A DNA stretch of 64,000 nucleotides from Lepidodermella squamata (taxonomy: Eukaryota > Animalia > Gastrotricha): NCBI GenBank assembly GCA_047495785.1, contig JBLDXI010000007.1:3410001-3474000 (forward strand), written 5' to 3'. The position numbers and the translations under genes were made by a program. The notes beneath the pieces are model-generated. The model was not told the origin of the DNA. It did no database searches and saw only the letters and a program-made list of their open reading frames with translations. Shown piece after piece: positions 1 through 13,330 of this stretch (the stretch's first letter is position 1; each line of letters starts with the position of its first letter).

Positions 1-42
1 GATGTTTACCCTTCGCCCAAGAGTCAAACTTTTTATTTATAG

Positions 43-153
43 ATCGCGTCGAATGACGACGAGTCGGAGGGCTGTATGGAGGAGGACGATCTTCAAGAAA
101 AGGGGCTGAAGGCCCTGGGGCCATTTCAGAGGCAGGGGTTTCGGTCGGCTTAG
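43..153 (+). CDS. Possible terminal exon of an upstream gene
   Basis: Pyrimidine-rich acceptor ttttatttatag followed by open frame IASNDDESEGCMEEDD...FRSA*; no homology recognised. Confidence 0.2.
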   Translation: MASNDDESEGCMEEDDLQEKGLKALGPFQRQGFRSA

Positions 154-700
154 CTCTAATTACAAAAATATAACAAAATTAGTTTATTCACTGTTGAAGG
201 GGAATCGGTCATTTACCCTCTTAGAAAAAAGAAATTCGAAGCCAGGCGAATAAAATGATATGTAACATTCAAGGCTGGCGGCAAAAATTGAGCAAAGATC
301 ACCAATCCGGCAAACGTGACGAGACCCAACGTCTCCTTAAGGGTTTTCAGAGGCACGCTGATACCTTCTGCAAACAGTTCCAACAGAGCAGACCACGGGC
401 TGGTCTAAAACAGCGAGATTCATGGCAACAGTGAAAAAATACATTCACAGGTTCAACTTACCTTTTCAAAATACATTTTATAGAAAAAAGACGAAAAAAA
501 TCCCCCCCAAACTACGCTGAGGAGGGCTTTTTTCGGTTGTTTGACAAAGAAATACGACGTCATTGTTAATAGAAAGAGTAATACGAGCAAGTAAGCGTAA
601 TCATCTGTTGAAGATGGAGTGCAATCATAAACGAGACACCTCCAATCGTTTTTTTTCATTTTTCAAGAACCTAAACGGAAAAAAAATTATGATACAGTAT

Positions 701-976
701 TAAGGTGGTTTCACGAATTTGCGAAGGGCGCAACAAAATCGCGCGCGGAAAGGAAGTGCGACACTTGAACGATTCGACGGCATCCATAGTCGTGCGTGCA
801 CGAAACTATGCATCCCAGCGGTGAAATGAGAGCGGGCGATGAAGTTTTACTATAATCAGCTTTTCGAGTATTAACTCTGATTTTCAGATTTTTCAGAGCC
901 ACCGAGCGAAATTCGCGCGCTAAGGTGACGCGCTCGTAGCCGCCCGCGATTATTCGCTCATTAGTAACCCACCTTA
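701..976. mobile_element. Possible degenerate MITE
   Basis: Imperfect ~25-bp terminal inverted repeats taaggtggtttcacgaatttgcgaa ... ttcgctcattagtaacccacctta, both ends in TA. Confidence 0.35.
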
Positions 977-2922
977 GGCAGCATTTTCCAATTCCAGCTG
1001 TCCTTGAGCGGGCAGCAATGCACCGCCTAGCATTGCCAAAAAGGACGCGATGTCCGTGGTCGATAGTCTGCGAGAAGATTTCGCATTATTATACATTTAA
1101 ACACAGCAAAATCTACATGCCGATTGGTGATGATCTTTGTCAAGGCCCAAACGAGGAACTTGAGAAGGGCACGCCGCCCAAAGCGCCACCAAATTACCAT
1201 CAATAACGTAATAAAAAAAATGAAAGCAGCGATGGCTGCAGCGGCTGCAGCGGCTGCTGTCGAAGCTAAGATGGAGTAGCTGCGCATGAAATAAAACGAG
1301 GACGTCGCAGAAGATACCTGTATTATCTGTTTGCTGACACGGGCCGCAAAAAAAACAACTTCCTACGTTCCGCAGACACTCTCGGACAGTCTTACCTAAG
1401 AGATTGGCTTGTTATTACACCTAACGCATGTATTCACTAAATAACTTACTGGTTCTTTCGGTGCACGTATCCATGGATCACTTTTTTATCGATCTATAAT
1501 CATTTCAGAATGTCGTTTCAAAGAGGGAGAAAAGAAAAAAGAACGGAGGAAATCAATAAAATCGCTACACTGATCATGGAAGAATGAAGTTGATAGTTGA
1601 TGCAGCGACCACAAAATGGTGAAATAGGTCATGTTCTGCAATCCGGGTGCGTGCCGCTAGGCAATAAAAACTCAGAATTAGGTCAATGATAGGCTAATAA
1701 TGTATTGGGCCACCGCCTGCCCTCATAAAAGCCGATGGCTTACGCCTTGACGTCAAAAAAAGTAGGACAACATAATGGCTGAAACGAGTTATCTAATGCT
1801 ACTACAGACTAAATGAAATACCGCAATTTTAAGAATGAGAATGAAATGAAAAAAATTATTACCTCTTCAAACCAAAAGAATCAGTCACCCGCCTCCTAGT
1901 CGGAGAATATTTTGCTTTTGTTGTAAAATTCAAAATCTTCCGAAGTCTCGACTATCCGTCAGTTTTCTTCCTTATTATATTTCCGGTTATAAGACTTTAA
2001 GAATATCGGTGTGAAATGAAATTTCTGTTGTTAGCCGGATATTATGAAATTGAGCTATATTGCGCTAAACATGCGCTCGTTTTTGTTCAAAAATAATATT
2101 AGCTACGGCATGCGGTGCAATTGTATCAGGAGTAATGGTTAGACCGAAATCGAATTATCGCGGTTTTCTAGACTGTTTATTTCATCATATATATATGTAT
2201 ATAATACATATAGAGCCCAGGTATATACATATAGAGAGAGAGAATATAATAATAATAAGTGTGCTGCGAGAAAAAGCCGTATATCACGCGCTGCAGCCGA
2301 TTTGTCCTCATAGGTCTCATCGCAATATAAATCCAAATAAAATTATTATTCTTTCTTATGTTCAAATTTATGACAATAAGACAAGCATCATCCCCGTAAA
2401 ACATGATGCTCAAGTTAGCCAGCTGAAAGACATGGAGGGAGTGCCTAGGAGCAGTCTGTAGGCAGATTTTTTTAATCAAACAGTTGAGCAAAGTATGTAG
2501 TCTCCTCCGAGCTTTCGCCGTGTGCGGACGGCGATCACTATGAGCGGCGCCACATGCAGCTTGAACCGAACGGAACTGGTCTTGAGCGTTTAATTGGTGC
2601 CAGCACTTTAACAAGTGATCGACTAGCGAGGCCATGCCTTTCGGCCATGGAAATTCGGCCGGAGACTCAAGGAAACTCTGGTAACTTTTAGTCATCTTAT
2701 AGATTCCCCCGGCGCTACTGCCAATAAAGCAAAAAGAAGAAATAATCCTTGAATTTTCGAGATACGGATTGTCCGACAGTCATTCTGACACTAATTTGAG
2801 GAGGATGAATGTTTGGCATAATCTTGCAAATTAGGAATAAATATATTTGCCTATCAACAGCAAAATGGCATAGTTTTACTAAGCACAATTTAGAAGCATG
2901 ATGAATCTACAAGGTCTGCGTT

Positions 2923-5275
2923 TCATCTGTTGTAAATCCTCATAACAGCGGTCTTCCGACCCAGTTCGTCAAACCTGCCCAGCATTTGCGATGACGGTAG
3001 TCGAGACACTGCTTCACTTGCAGCATCCCCTCCGTCCCCAACTTTGACGTAAAGCAGAGCAGCAACAATGCCTGATTGAATTTGCAATACAGCAGCGACT
3101 GCAATATTCTGTCCACTGGTAGATCTCAGCATAAAAACAACTGCAGTTAAAGCAATGTATAATGTTGACGAGGCAGCTATAGCCACGGCTAATCGCTTTA
3201 CAAAGGGGAAATACGGCAAGTATCGATTCCCCACAAGTTTCACGACGTAAATCAAACCTATTCCAAGAACTGCAAGATTCAATGCCAGTAGAGCTGCCGA
3301 CCATTCGGTGGCGAAGGTCGACGAGCACTTGACAGAATACTCTTCAACGTAAGTATCAATTTCAGCAATGTAGGACCTTGAATTTTCCGGTTTGGCAAGC
3401 ACTGCGCGGTAAGGATCAGACGTCAACCAAGATGTTACAATGACGAAATTTAGGAGAAAGAACAAAATTGTTCGGACTATGAACGAAGCTTCCTCCCTAC
3501 CAGGTTTGAGGGCGCCGCGTGATGTTTTTCGCCGCAAGACATTCGAAGCAGACCTCAGACGGAATACCAAATAACTGTACAGAAGTGACAGCCCCAACAC
3601 CACGGTGAAAATAATCGCGCCGCAAACCGAACTGCTACGAAGTGATGTAGGAGTTGCGAGGAAAATCGACCCTCCTGCTAGGAGCAGGAAACTCGATGCT
3701 ACAATAATTTCATCAATTTTTCTCCCCAGATGCTTCTTTTTATCATGTGAAACGATGTAAGCTATACCACTGAATTGGCAAACGACGGCTAGGCAAGCTG
3801 TTGTTGTCAAGAAAACGAAGACTGAAACGGGAATCCCGGCATCGACGTATTCTTCATAAGCAGCATCTTTAGGCAGAAAATCCGGCGAGAAAGGCGCAAT
3901 GACTCGTATTTTGAATAAAGAAATGTCGTTGATCGTTGTAGCATTTTCATCCAACGACACGGCATATCTCGCCTGAAGCCCTGTCTTTTGTGACCACGTG
4001 GCTACCCATTGGGCTTCGTAGTCCATTTCCATTCTCGCAGAGTAGTGAAAAAAGGCATGTTGTTGATTCCGATACCTTAGGTTTCCAATACTCTGATTAA
4101 CAGCGAGCATGACGCTTCGAGGATCATTCTTAAAGTTTCTGAGCGTAGAGTTCTGGCTGTTCAAAAGCGTCTCCGCTTCAGCCAGCGTTGCTATTGAATT
4201 CAAAGCTTGGTCATAGCAGGAGAATCGAGATAGATAATCGCCCAATTTCATGTCGACTGGATAGTTCGATTTGAGGTAATTCTCAAACTCAGACCGGGTG
4301 TTTCCTAGATAGTCTTTACTTACGCCATCGTTACCCATAGGGATTGTCGAATGGGCACCAAAATACAACACTCTCTCAGCCTGTTCTTTATAGATTGATA
4401 TGTTACAGTTTTTCGGGTACATATGGGGTGGAAAGAAATTTGGATCCGTGTAAGCGCTGGTGAATGTTAGGAACAGGTACATACTCCCCTTTATCCCGTT
4501 TTTGTATGCCTGGCATAGAAAACCGACGAAAATGAATGGGTCGATATTATCAAAGGAAAAAATTCGGATGTCCTTTCTGATGAATGATTGCATTATATCA
4601 TCGTTGAAGTCTGAACTTGCTTCTATTGTTTGAACCCCCAGACCGAATCGTATATTCATAGCTAGCGTGTTAGTGGCTGCCTCAAACCCAAAGGAGCTCT
4701 CATTGGCCGGGAACACAACGGCTGTTTTCTTCCATGAGGTGAATTGTTTGATGAAGCTTAGTCGAGCCATTATCGTAGCTTAGTCGAGCCATTATCGTCA
4801 GTTGAGATGAAGCTCTGATACGCCACAGGTTTGGATACAGATCTCTTCGATTAACTAGACCAGGTGAGAGGCAGGATGGGGTAGTCGCTACCATATTCAT
4901 ATGAGCCGCAACTCTTCCCCAACTTTTACAGCCCAGAGTTTGGCCTAGTCCGACTGTTAGAGGTGCTAGAAATAGCCCAGGCTCCGTCGATTCCACCATT
5001 GACCGAACGAAGTTGATGCTTACGGAGGTTGCCAGCATGGCTTGAATTCCTTCGTCGCGATGCTCGAACTCGAGGTGATAGTCGGGCAGAATATCTGAGC
5101 GATTATTCGCGAAGTCGTAGGCTGTTTGAAAGGCCCACCGACAGTTCCTGAAATCTCCTGTGTTCAGAGACAATCCTAATAGGTAGAGAGTTCGCAAGCG
5201 GTACGGCTTTCGTGACTCGGTCTGAATCACAGCCGTGGATGAGAGGAGAAGGAAAAATATAGCTACACTTGCCAT
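2923..5275 (-). pseudogene. Intronless class C (GABA-B-like) GPCR, frameshifted by a 22-bp tandem duplication
   Basis: Signal peptide, Venus-flytrap motif ANNRSDILPDYHLE and DLYPNLWR, 7 hydrophobic helices in ORF 2923-4770. The two ORFs overlap at MARLS because agcttagtcgagccattatcgt is duplicated (4755-4776, 4777-4798). Confidence 0.8.
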
Positions 5276-6381
5276 TCAAGGATTCGAGTGAAAAAGGTGA
5301 TATAGTGATTGCATGGTTTTAGATGGGACTTCTCCCTTCTTATATTTGCTCTTTTCCACCCACCTAGCTTCCTGTTTATAACTTGAACGTCTGCGCGCTC
5401 TCGAATAATTCCGTCTTTAGAAGTTTCCTAATGATTCATTTCATGCAATAAAGTCTGAAACATTATATCCCATGAGTTCTACCGGAGTCGACGAAAACGA
5501 GCATTTGTAGTGCACCCCTATTATGCATCGCACTGTCGTTATTACTTGACTGTTTGATGATGAAACCGGATTCCTTGTGGAGAACATGTACGAAGGGAAT
5601 ATCGCGACAAGACAAAAGAGTATATGGAAGTGCGTTGTGACGGATTCGATAGCGCAGACGTTGAAGTGATAAATAGGAAGCCATATAGGTTAAAGAGTGC
5701 AAATTGGAACTTTTCTAATGCTGGCCGATCTCAGGGGTAATAGGCGCTTACCTAAAATATGTTTCAATTCGGTTTTTTTTCGTTTTTAAGACACTTCGAT
5801 TTTAAGAACAGTGGATCGAGTAGATCAGTGGTCAATCCAGGGAAATTATCTCTAGCAACCCTCCTCTCTCGAACATATTCCATCGATTGACATCGCCACG
5901 TACTGCAGCCGCGAAGTGAAAGATGGAATATAACTAAGTCATAAATTCTCTATCAATGTGCGAATCAGGCACCGGGAGCGGAGGTATCTTTTAGCACCCA
6001 GAGGGTCCTCCGCCAGTGCTTGAGCAGGGTTAATCAATAAAGGCCTGCATTAGATGTTAATTACACAGGCTTTGAAAACTGACGTTAACCGAGCCGGCTG
6101 TCTTCCAACATGGAGTAAACAGAAGACATTGCTTTAGTGTAATGTCAGCTGATACTATCGCGAATCATGTCACTTTTGAGTCATTTGAGTGCCATTGCTC
6201 GCTTTATTGTGACAAGCCACCTATTTGCATACTTTTCAATGGGGGATGGGGGATGGGGCATCTCTAAATGGTTCAAAAACCAAGTTCGCGCGCGCGAGCG
6301 AGCGCAATTTCACTCGCCAAAATTCCAACTTTCTACGCTGTCCCAGATATTAGGCGGCAGTACCTAATTCGAGTGTACCAA

Positions 6382-6432
6382 ATTCTTGTAGCCAACAGTG
6401 GATTCTTGTAGCCAACATTCTTGCAGCCAACA
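6382..6432. repeat. Short tandem repeat, 3 x attcttg(t/c)agccaaca
   Basis: Directly visible. Confidence 0.7.
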
Positions 6433-6679
6433 TCAAAATGTATTACCTTTTACAAGAATTTGAAACAAGCAGATCGCTATCTCAAACTGTTTCACAACTT
6501 AAGCAAATTGAGATAGCAGCTGGGATGTGAAATTCGATTTTTAAAAAGTAAACAAAAATGCCAAAATAAATACCATATTGTCGGGGTTTTAGTCTCAAGG
6601 ATTATTCCCATGCATAGCAAAGTTATGAATATGAAAAATGAACCATGAAGCATGAATTTGAATTCCAAACATGAGTTTC

Positions 6680-7015
6680 ATTGTGGAACCACTTAAAAGT
6701 CCAATCCTGACGCGCACGCCTATTGGTCAATCGATGGTTGCTATGACTCCCGGATAAAACGTTCAGTCGTGCGATCCATAAAGGTTTTTGCAACAAGTGT
6801 TTTTTGCCGCAGTAATTTGCCACGATTAATATGGAGTTTACGCTCGGGGTCAATGGAAACCGTACAGAGGGTGTGGCAAGGTCATTTTTTGCATGAATAA
6901 AAAATAATTTATTAGTGGATCGCATGTCGAAAATGTTTCATCCCGGAGTCATAGCAGCGATCAATTGACCAATCAGCGTGCGCGCCTAAGTTCAACTTTT
7001 AAGTGGTTCCACAAT
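6680..7015. mobile_element. Fold-back/MITE-like element with ~97-bp imperfect terminal inverted repeats
   Basis: attgtggaaccacttaaaagt...gcgatcc at the left is the reverse complement of ggatcgc...acttttaagtggttccacaat at the right; non-coding. Confidence 0.7.
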
Positions 7016-8034
7016 CTTGTGGGCCGTTCTTTAACAAGTATACAGTGTCATCTTGGATAGATCGGGTGATATTTGTTTGAAAACAAGCTAAGAGGCGGTG
7101 TTCTCTCAAATTCGTTTGCCATGAAATATTAATTTCCGACATTGCTGTTCAGGCACACACATCAAATATTTCGCAAACATGCGCATTTTTATGACTTAGG
7201 CAACGACTGCGTTTTGAAGTCCCTGCGTGCGACACAAACGCGCGCGTAAAATCCTTCATTCTTCTTGTGCATTTTTATTGGCTCATAAACGAGAATTGCG
7301 GACAGAACAAGCTGACTGAATCAAAATGAAAGTTCCTATCCTATATAAATTGAGTAGTTGAATAACAGCATGATGCAACCGTTTGAACAATAATATTGCC
7401 TGATGTAACGCTCGATTCTTTGATAATGGAGGACTTGCAATTTCGAAACAAAGTCAAGTTAACGTCAAGTTTTGTAAAAACAGGCTTCCTTGACGATAGA
7501 AGAGGGAAAGCTTGCTGCTTGGGGTAAGGTATAAGGTAGCTTTTTTGCTTCGAATTCTCGAGAAATCTTTTTACATTTATTTTACACTGCGTCGGGGCGC
7601 AGATCCGTGAAATTTCCGAGAGAGACAGCTATAGACGGAGGAATGGTGCCTCGCGACCACTCAGAGTCGAAACTAATGTTGCAATAAACTAGGGCTTTGA
7701 CAACGAGGGTGCAGACATCGAGGGACCACTGTCTATCTGAAATAAAGAATAATGCTCATTACCTGCTTAATCTAAATAGATCGAATTTGCCCATTTAAAA
7801 TTCTGTTTTGATGTTCTGAAGACTTTTTTATTTTCAATCTCTAGGCTTTGAATCTAAACCGAGTAAAAAGTATTGTTCTGTGATAAAATATTCATCAACC
7901 GCTCTATGATTGCTAGATGCTCGAGTACAGTTCGAAAACATCCTGAATAATTGATTAGCTGTTAGGGTGAATGAAGTGGATGAGAAAAGCTAATGTTCAA
8001 AATCCTACAAAGTTGCGACACCAATTGTTCAGAA

Positions 8035-11000
8035 ATGTTTCACAATCTATTTCTCTTGATATGCCTTTCTAAGATATGTTAGTGAGAATTTCCTTGTTTT
8101 ATTCAAACTGTTATGTGACTGTTGAAATCAGGCTGGATTTACGCGGTGATCACTCCTACTCCAGATCTCAGCTCCCTCGCCCTGCCATACCTGTATTCCG
8201 GCTCTGCGACATACGTGCCGAGCCTTTCTTATGACCTATCAAATTCCTCGATTTCTTCATCGATCACGTTCACCACTTATGGCACTGTTACTCAAAACTC
8301 GAATGGGTATCTACTGGGAAACCTCGCGTCCGTGGACTTCGGGCGCATTTCTTCAGATCAAGTAATCGATGCTTAGACTGAACTCACCCTATCTAAGTAT
8401 ATTCAATAATTTTCTATCAAGTATCTAGCATCTGGTACGGCCAAAAACTGGCGAGCCGAGATGGATATAACTGCGACGTACAACACAGCTGCATCTAGCA
8501 CGGGATGGTTATCGGTCTTGTTATCAGACGCTTCAATCAGCTATAGTAAAGAAGCTCATCATTAACATATTTGTATTTAAAAGTTAATTTCGTTTAGGCG
8601 CCAATACATGCGACTACGACGAGCTGAGTTACATTCGAGGACTGAATGTGATTCAGGAGATGAAACCAAGTGGGCGGACTTACGTACAGTTCGAACCCAC
8701 TTTAATGACTGCAACCTGCACTATTCCGTGCAATCCCGATTACACATCCACTGCAGCCTGTGGCGGTACTAGTGCTGGCTTGTTTACCTCAAGTGGAACA
8801 ACCACATACAGACTCATCCTCCAGGTTGCGAACGAAAGACTTACTGTGAGTTGATAGATCATCAAAAGCTGAATAGGAGGGTAAAAAAGAGCGGAAAAGG
8901 GCCCGTTTGAGAAGCGCTGACGTAAAATATCGAATTGGCACAGCTCCTCAACCTATATTTTTGAGGACATTCTATATTTGTACGACATAGTATGAGTAGG
9001 AGTCCATATTTTCGAGTAGCACAAAATCTTAAAAGGAAATTTTCGAAAAGAATTTTCGCACGTGTTATTTACGCCAAATTTTCAATCTCCTTCATCAAGT
9101 CGATAGCAAAAGACCTAATAAGAGTAAGTAGATTTACAATGAGAGTAAAAAATTGGTGATGAATCTTGCCAATTATACCAATCCACCTAATTCGCCTTTA
9201 CTAGCCCCTTTTACACTAATACTATGCGAATCGTAAATGATGGTAATTACTCGATTGTTAAATAACAAGGATTAGCTTGTTTTTGCTTATTCTCAAGGCT
9301 TTATCGTGATTTTGAGAAAACTAAAAATAATTAAAACCAGTTTACGGGGTATTTTTGCGACTCCGTGCCTAGCCGAATTTAATGAAAATATTATCGTGTA
9401 AATTTCGCGAATTTTCCGCGATTCCGCGAAGCGTTTATGTAAATTTGTTGGACCATATTTCCTTGCACCATCACCTTGAACTCGCGGCTTCTCCACGTTG
9501 GGAAATTGTCGAGATGCCAATTTTGGGGCTCTGTGAGCACGCCTAGGTGAGATAAAGGCGGATTATCATCATATTACACTGGGCGCGCACTTTATAACCG
9601 TGGCCTTGGCGCGGTCGTTGTTGTGAAGCGCGAGAGGTCCGAATTCGATTCACCAGGTGTGGCTGCAATAATTGGCAATTAGCAATGTCTGTACCAAGCT
9701 AATCGAATCCAGTGGGAGCTAATTGATTAGAACGACATTTCGCAGAAGCGTTTGAATGATAGCTGGCTACTATAGGGGTTGCTATGAAACTATAAATAAT
9801 ATAAAATTGCCTCGAAAAACACAAGATTTCAGTTAAAGAGCCTACTCAAAGGGGTGAGATTGTGTTGTTTATGTGTTAGTTTTTCATTAAAGCTGGGACC
9901 GTGTTTGAAGAACATGTGCAAAATGAATGAACTCATGGACTTGGCACGCGCCAGTGTTTAGCTCAAGGTTTAGCTACTAAGACATGACTTTTTCATGGCT
10001 CTGTATAACCATCGCCACCATTTCGCAGATTGTTATGGTCCCGTTACCGATAAGCGGCTCTCCGCAAAGTTTCACGTGTTTCCAAGACGTGGCTGTTGGG
10101 GGGTTGAACGTTAGCATGTCAAGTGGCTCAACGAAACTTCGTCTTAATGGATTCTGTGCAATGAGTACTGGCGTTGCCCGAATAAAAAACTTCTACTTCT
10201 GGACATTGAACACAAGCCCGTCGACTTCTTCTACGACTACTACCACCACTACTACTTCAACGTCGACTACCACGACAAAACCAACAACAACAACGACAAC
10301 TCCGTCGACAACAACTACGACAACCACAACAACAACGACTCCAACAACCACGTCTACTACAACAACCAGCCCTTCTACCAGTACCACCACCCCGACTACC
10401 ACGTCTACTACAACAACCACCCCTTCTACCAGTACGACTACTCCGACGACGACCACAACCACGACACCGACAACTACCACCAAGACTACGACGCCTACAA
10501 CTACATCATCGACTACAACAACTACCACCCCAACAACGTCGACCTCCACCACGACCACAACCCCGACTACGTCAACTTCAACAACCAGGACGACCTCGAC
10601 AACAACGACGACACCTACAACAACAACTCGAAGTACTTCAACAACAAAAACAACCACAACCCCATCGACATCTACATCAACTACTACTACTACCCCTACT
10701 ACCACATCAACGACCACTACGACAACATCAACTCCAATGCCTGGGTACATGGTACCAGAGCCGGATGTGCAGTCGATGCCTTTGCCCTATCTTTGGTCTG
10801 GTCATCCGACCTTCCTCGGCCATCTGTCCTACGACACAAATTCAACTATCAACGCAACGGCTAAATTCATAGTCACGGCTAGCGCAACTAGTAACAAAAC
10901 TGGGGTGACACTTAATTCCTATCCAACAGCTGATTACGGATCGGCATTATTGGACAAAAAGCTGCCGTCAGATATGGGATACGTTCCTTTCCGAGCCGAA

Positions 11001-12849
11001 ATAGACGTCAGATGCAGATACGACCCGACAGGGGCTACGTATGGATACCTCGTATTTGCTATCACCGGCCACCCAGCAGACGTCAGTAAGTCAACGTGGA
11101 TGCAAAATTGATAGCTTTTCGAAATAACTTTTTCAAAGGTATCAGCACAGCGGGTCGAAAGAAACGGGCCACGGCTAGTCCCGATACATTCGACAACTAT
11201 GATGGGCTTCACCTGGCTTTACAAATTGGGATAGGCGGGAAGCTGTACCTATCCTACGATGCCAATGTGGTAAATATCAGCCAAACGGTCCCGCTATCGT
11301 ACGACTATGAGTCTATCACCATTACTAACGTTTTCAACAGTTCGGGCACGGCCTATTTCCGAATTATCGTTCAAAGCGTTAACGACCTGGTCTCCGTAAG
11401 TAATTGGTTCAAAAAAAAATTAAATATACATACGTTTTCCACCAGGTCGTTCTAGTTCCTTTGCCTGAAGACAACAATACAAATTCGATGATCATTTTGT
11501 CCAATGCAAATGCAAGTGGCCTGAGTACAAATCAGATTGCGAAAGGCAATACTAACATCATGCTTTATGGAATTAATGGCACGCAAGGAGATGCTACAGT
11601 TTCAAATTTTCGTTTATGGGGCCTGGAACCATCCGCATCTACGACTAATCTCCCTACAACGCTAGGTCCGAGAACTTATGATTTCATAACAAACAGCTCG
11701 GAGTTTTTGATACCTAATTTGATCGATGGCAATATAGTCCCTTTGATCGAGATCGACGATTTGAAAACTTGCAAATATCTAGACATAGCAAACAGGTATT
11801 TCACAAGACAGTGTTCATCATGAGACGAAATTTGGTTTTAAAACAGATCACCGGCTATTGGAACGAAAATTTTCCTGACCCTGGAAATGGATCGGCTGAA
11901 TGAAATCGACGCACAGGCTCGGCAAATCTCGATCTCAGGAAGTGTTGTAGTTCAGTGGATCGTGAACGCATGCCCTAGTGACACAACTGCTCCTGCAGTC
12001 AATGATGCCGATCGCGTGTATACGGTTGACAGAAGGCAGTTGTGGGTCCCGAGCATGCGATTCACAAACACGACCACTGACATTTACATGGAAAACGGCT
12101 TCAAAGAACAAATTCATATAGCCTACTACCCAACCACCCCGAATCGCACGCTGTTTTTCCATTGGATGAGATTCGGAGTCATCCGTTCAAAATGTGTCTT
12201 GAAGCTTCGGAAATTTCCTTTCGATTCGCAGGCATGTGATTTTACGTTTGCCCTTGATGAAGCTGATAAATTCGTTGCATTTGGTGGGGTTCGACTTGAA
12301 ATTCCTGGTAGCTTCGACAGCGAAATGTGGGAGTTAAAATCGACTGTTTCTGCTTATGGCATCACTAATTCCCTGCTGAGACGAAATGGAACGTCAGGTT
12401 ATACGCGATTCACTGTCGGCTTTGCTCGAAAACCAATACCATATCTCATCAATTCTCTTGCTCCCTGTTCAATCCTCATGGCGTTGGGATTCTCATCTCT
12501 GATATTTCAGCCTGATGTTCCAGATCGTCCAGCATTCGCTGGCACTCTTCTACTCAGCATGATTGTGATCCAGTCAGATGTTCTGCAGCTGATTCCTGAT
12601 ACGGCGGAGTCAGTCCTCATGGCTGAATACATTTTGATCCTATCCGGTCTCACTGGAATGATCGCTCTCTATGAAGCTGCAATGTTTGCCGCAACTGCGA
12701 AATTTCCGCATTTGATGTCAAAGAAGTACAAAGTATCAATAGGGGCTACGAAGGTCCGCTATGCTCGAGCGATGGACCTCGCAGCCTTCCTCATCTACTT
12801 CGACATTTTCCTCGTAATCAACGTCTACGCAGCTTTGGTGGCGTTCTGA
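8035..12849 (+). CDS. G1: lectin-like x2 - mucin stalk - Cys-loop ligand-gated ion channel fusion (multi-exon, apparently intact)
   Basis: MFHNLFLLICLSKI signal exon; GT-AG introns join domain A (TPDLSSLALPYLYSG...NFYFWTL), a ~180-aa Thr tract, domain B (PDVQSMPLPYLWSG...NFRLWGL), then a last exon with Cys-loop CVLKLRKFPFDSQAC and 4 TM helices. Confidence 0.85.
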
Positions 12850-13330
12850 AGTTGAAATGATGTCCCGTAATTTCTAGGTTACTAGACAGAACTAGACAGA
12901 ACACGAACAGCGCCTTACTAACTTTTTTCGTTTTCTTAATTTTGTTGATCAGCCCTGAATTTGCAATGTGGTCATCAGTGATAAGTGATTTAGTAAATTT
13001 CGAATGTGAAAATTCGAATGTTAATTCAGGCGGCTTAGTAGGTATTTGCTGTTTCCACTCGAATAACAATTGATATCCAGAGACTATTTATTGCTTTTCG
13101 AGTTCATCATTGCATCCCGCGTCAAGTGCGGGGCGGTGCGGTATGCCTTAAGTTCACTTTATCTCGCAATTCGTCCCGCACGTCCCGCAGCTCATCCGCC
13201 ATCTCAACCCTCAACCCGCACATCCCGCGGCTCATCCAGCAACTCGTCTTGCTCGGTGATAACTAAGGGTGCAGGATCCCGCACTTCGTCCCGCAGTGCC
13301 ATCCCCGCACTCAAGGCTATGAAATGAATA

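Noticed and set aside
1027-1287. 86-aa ORF with poly-Ala
   Set aside because: Driven by a gcagcggct repeat; no recognisable domain or splice context
2135-2695. Overlapping ORFs on both strands
   Set aside because: Span TA/GA/AAT microsatellite-like sequence; no protein-like motifs
6382-6432. Short direct repeats as a possible CRISPR array (also 44528-44590)
   Set aside because: Eukaryotic context, no spacers of uniform length, no cas genes
9597-9666. tRNA-His-like stretch in the G1 long intron (tggcc...ttgtga...ttcgattc)
   Set aside because: No convincing cloverleaf; at best a decayed SINE
10193-10750. Val-rich ORFs (also 20054, 24531, 42382, 44218, 48852, 54269, 59824)
   Set aside because: Antisense shadows of Thr/Ser (ACN/TCN) mucin codons
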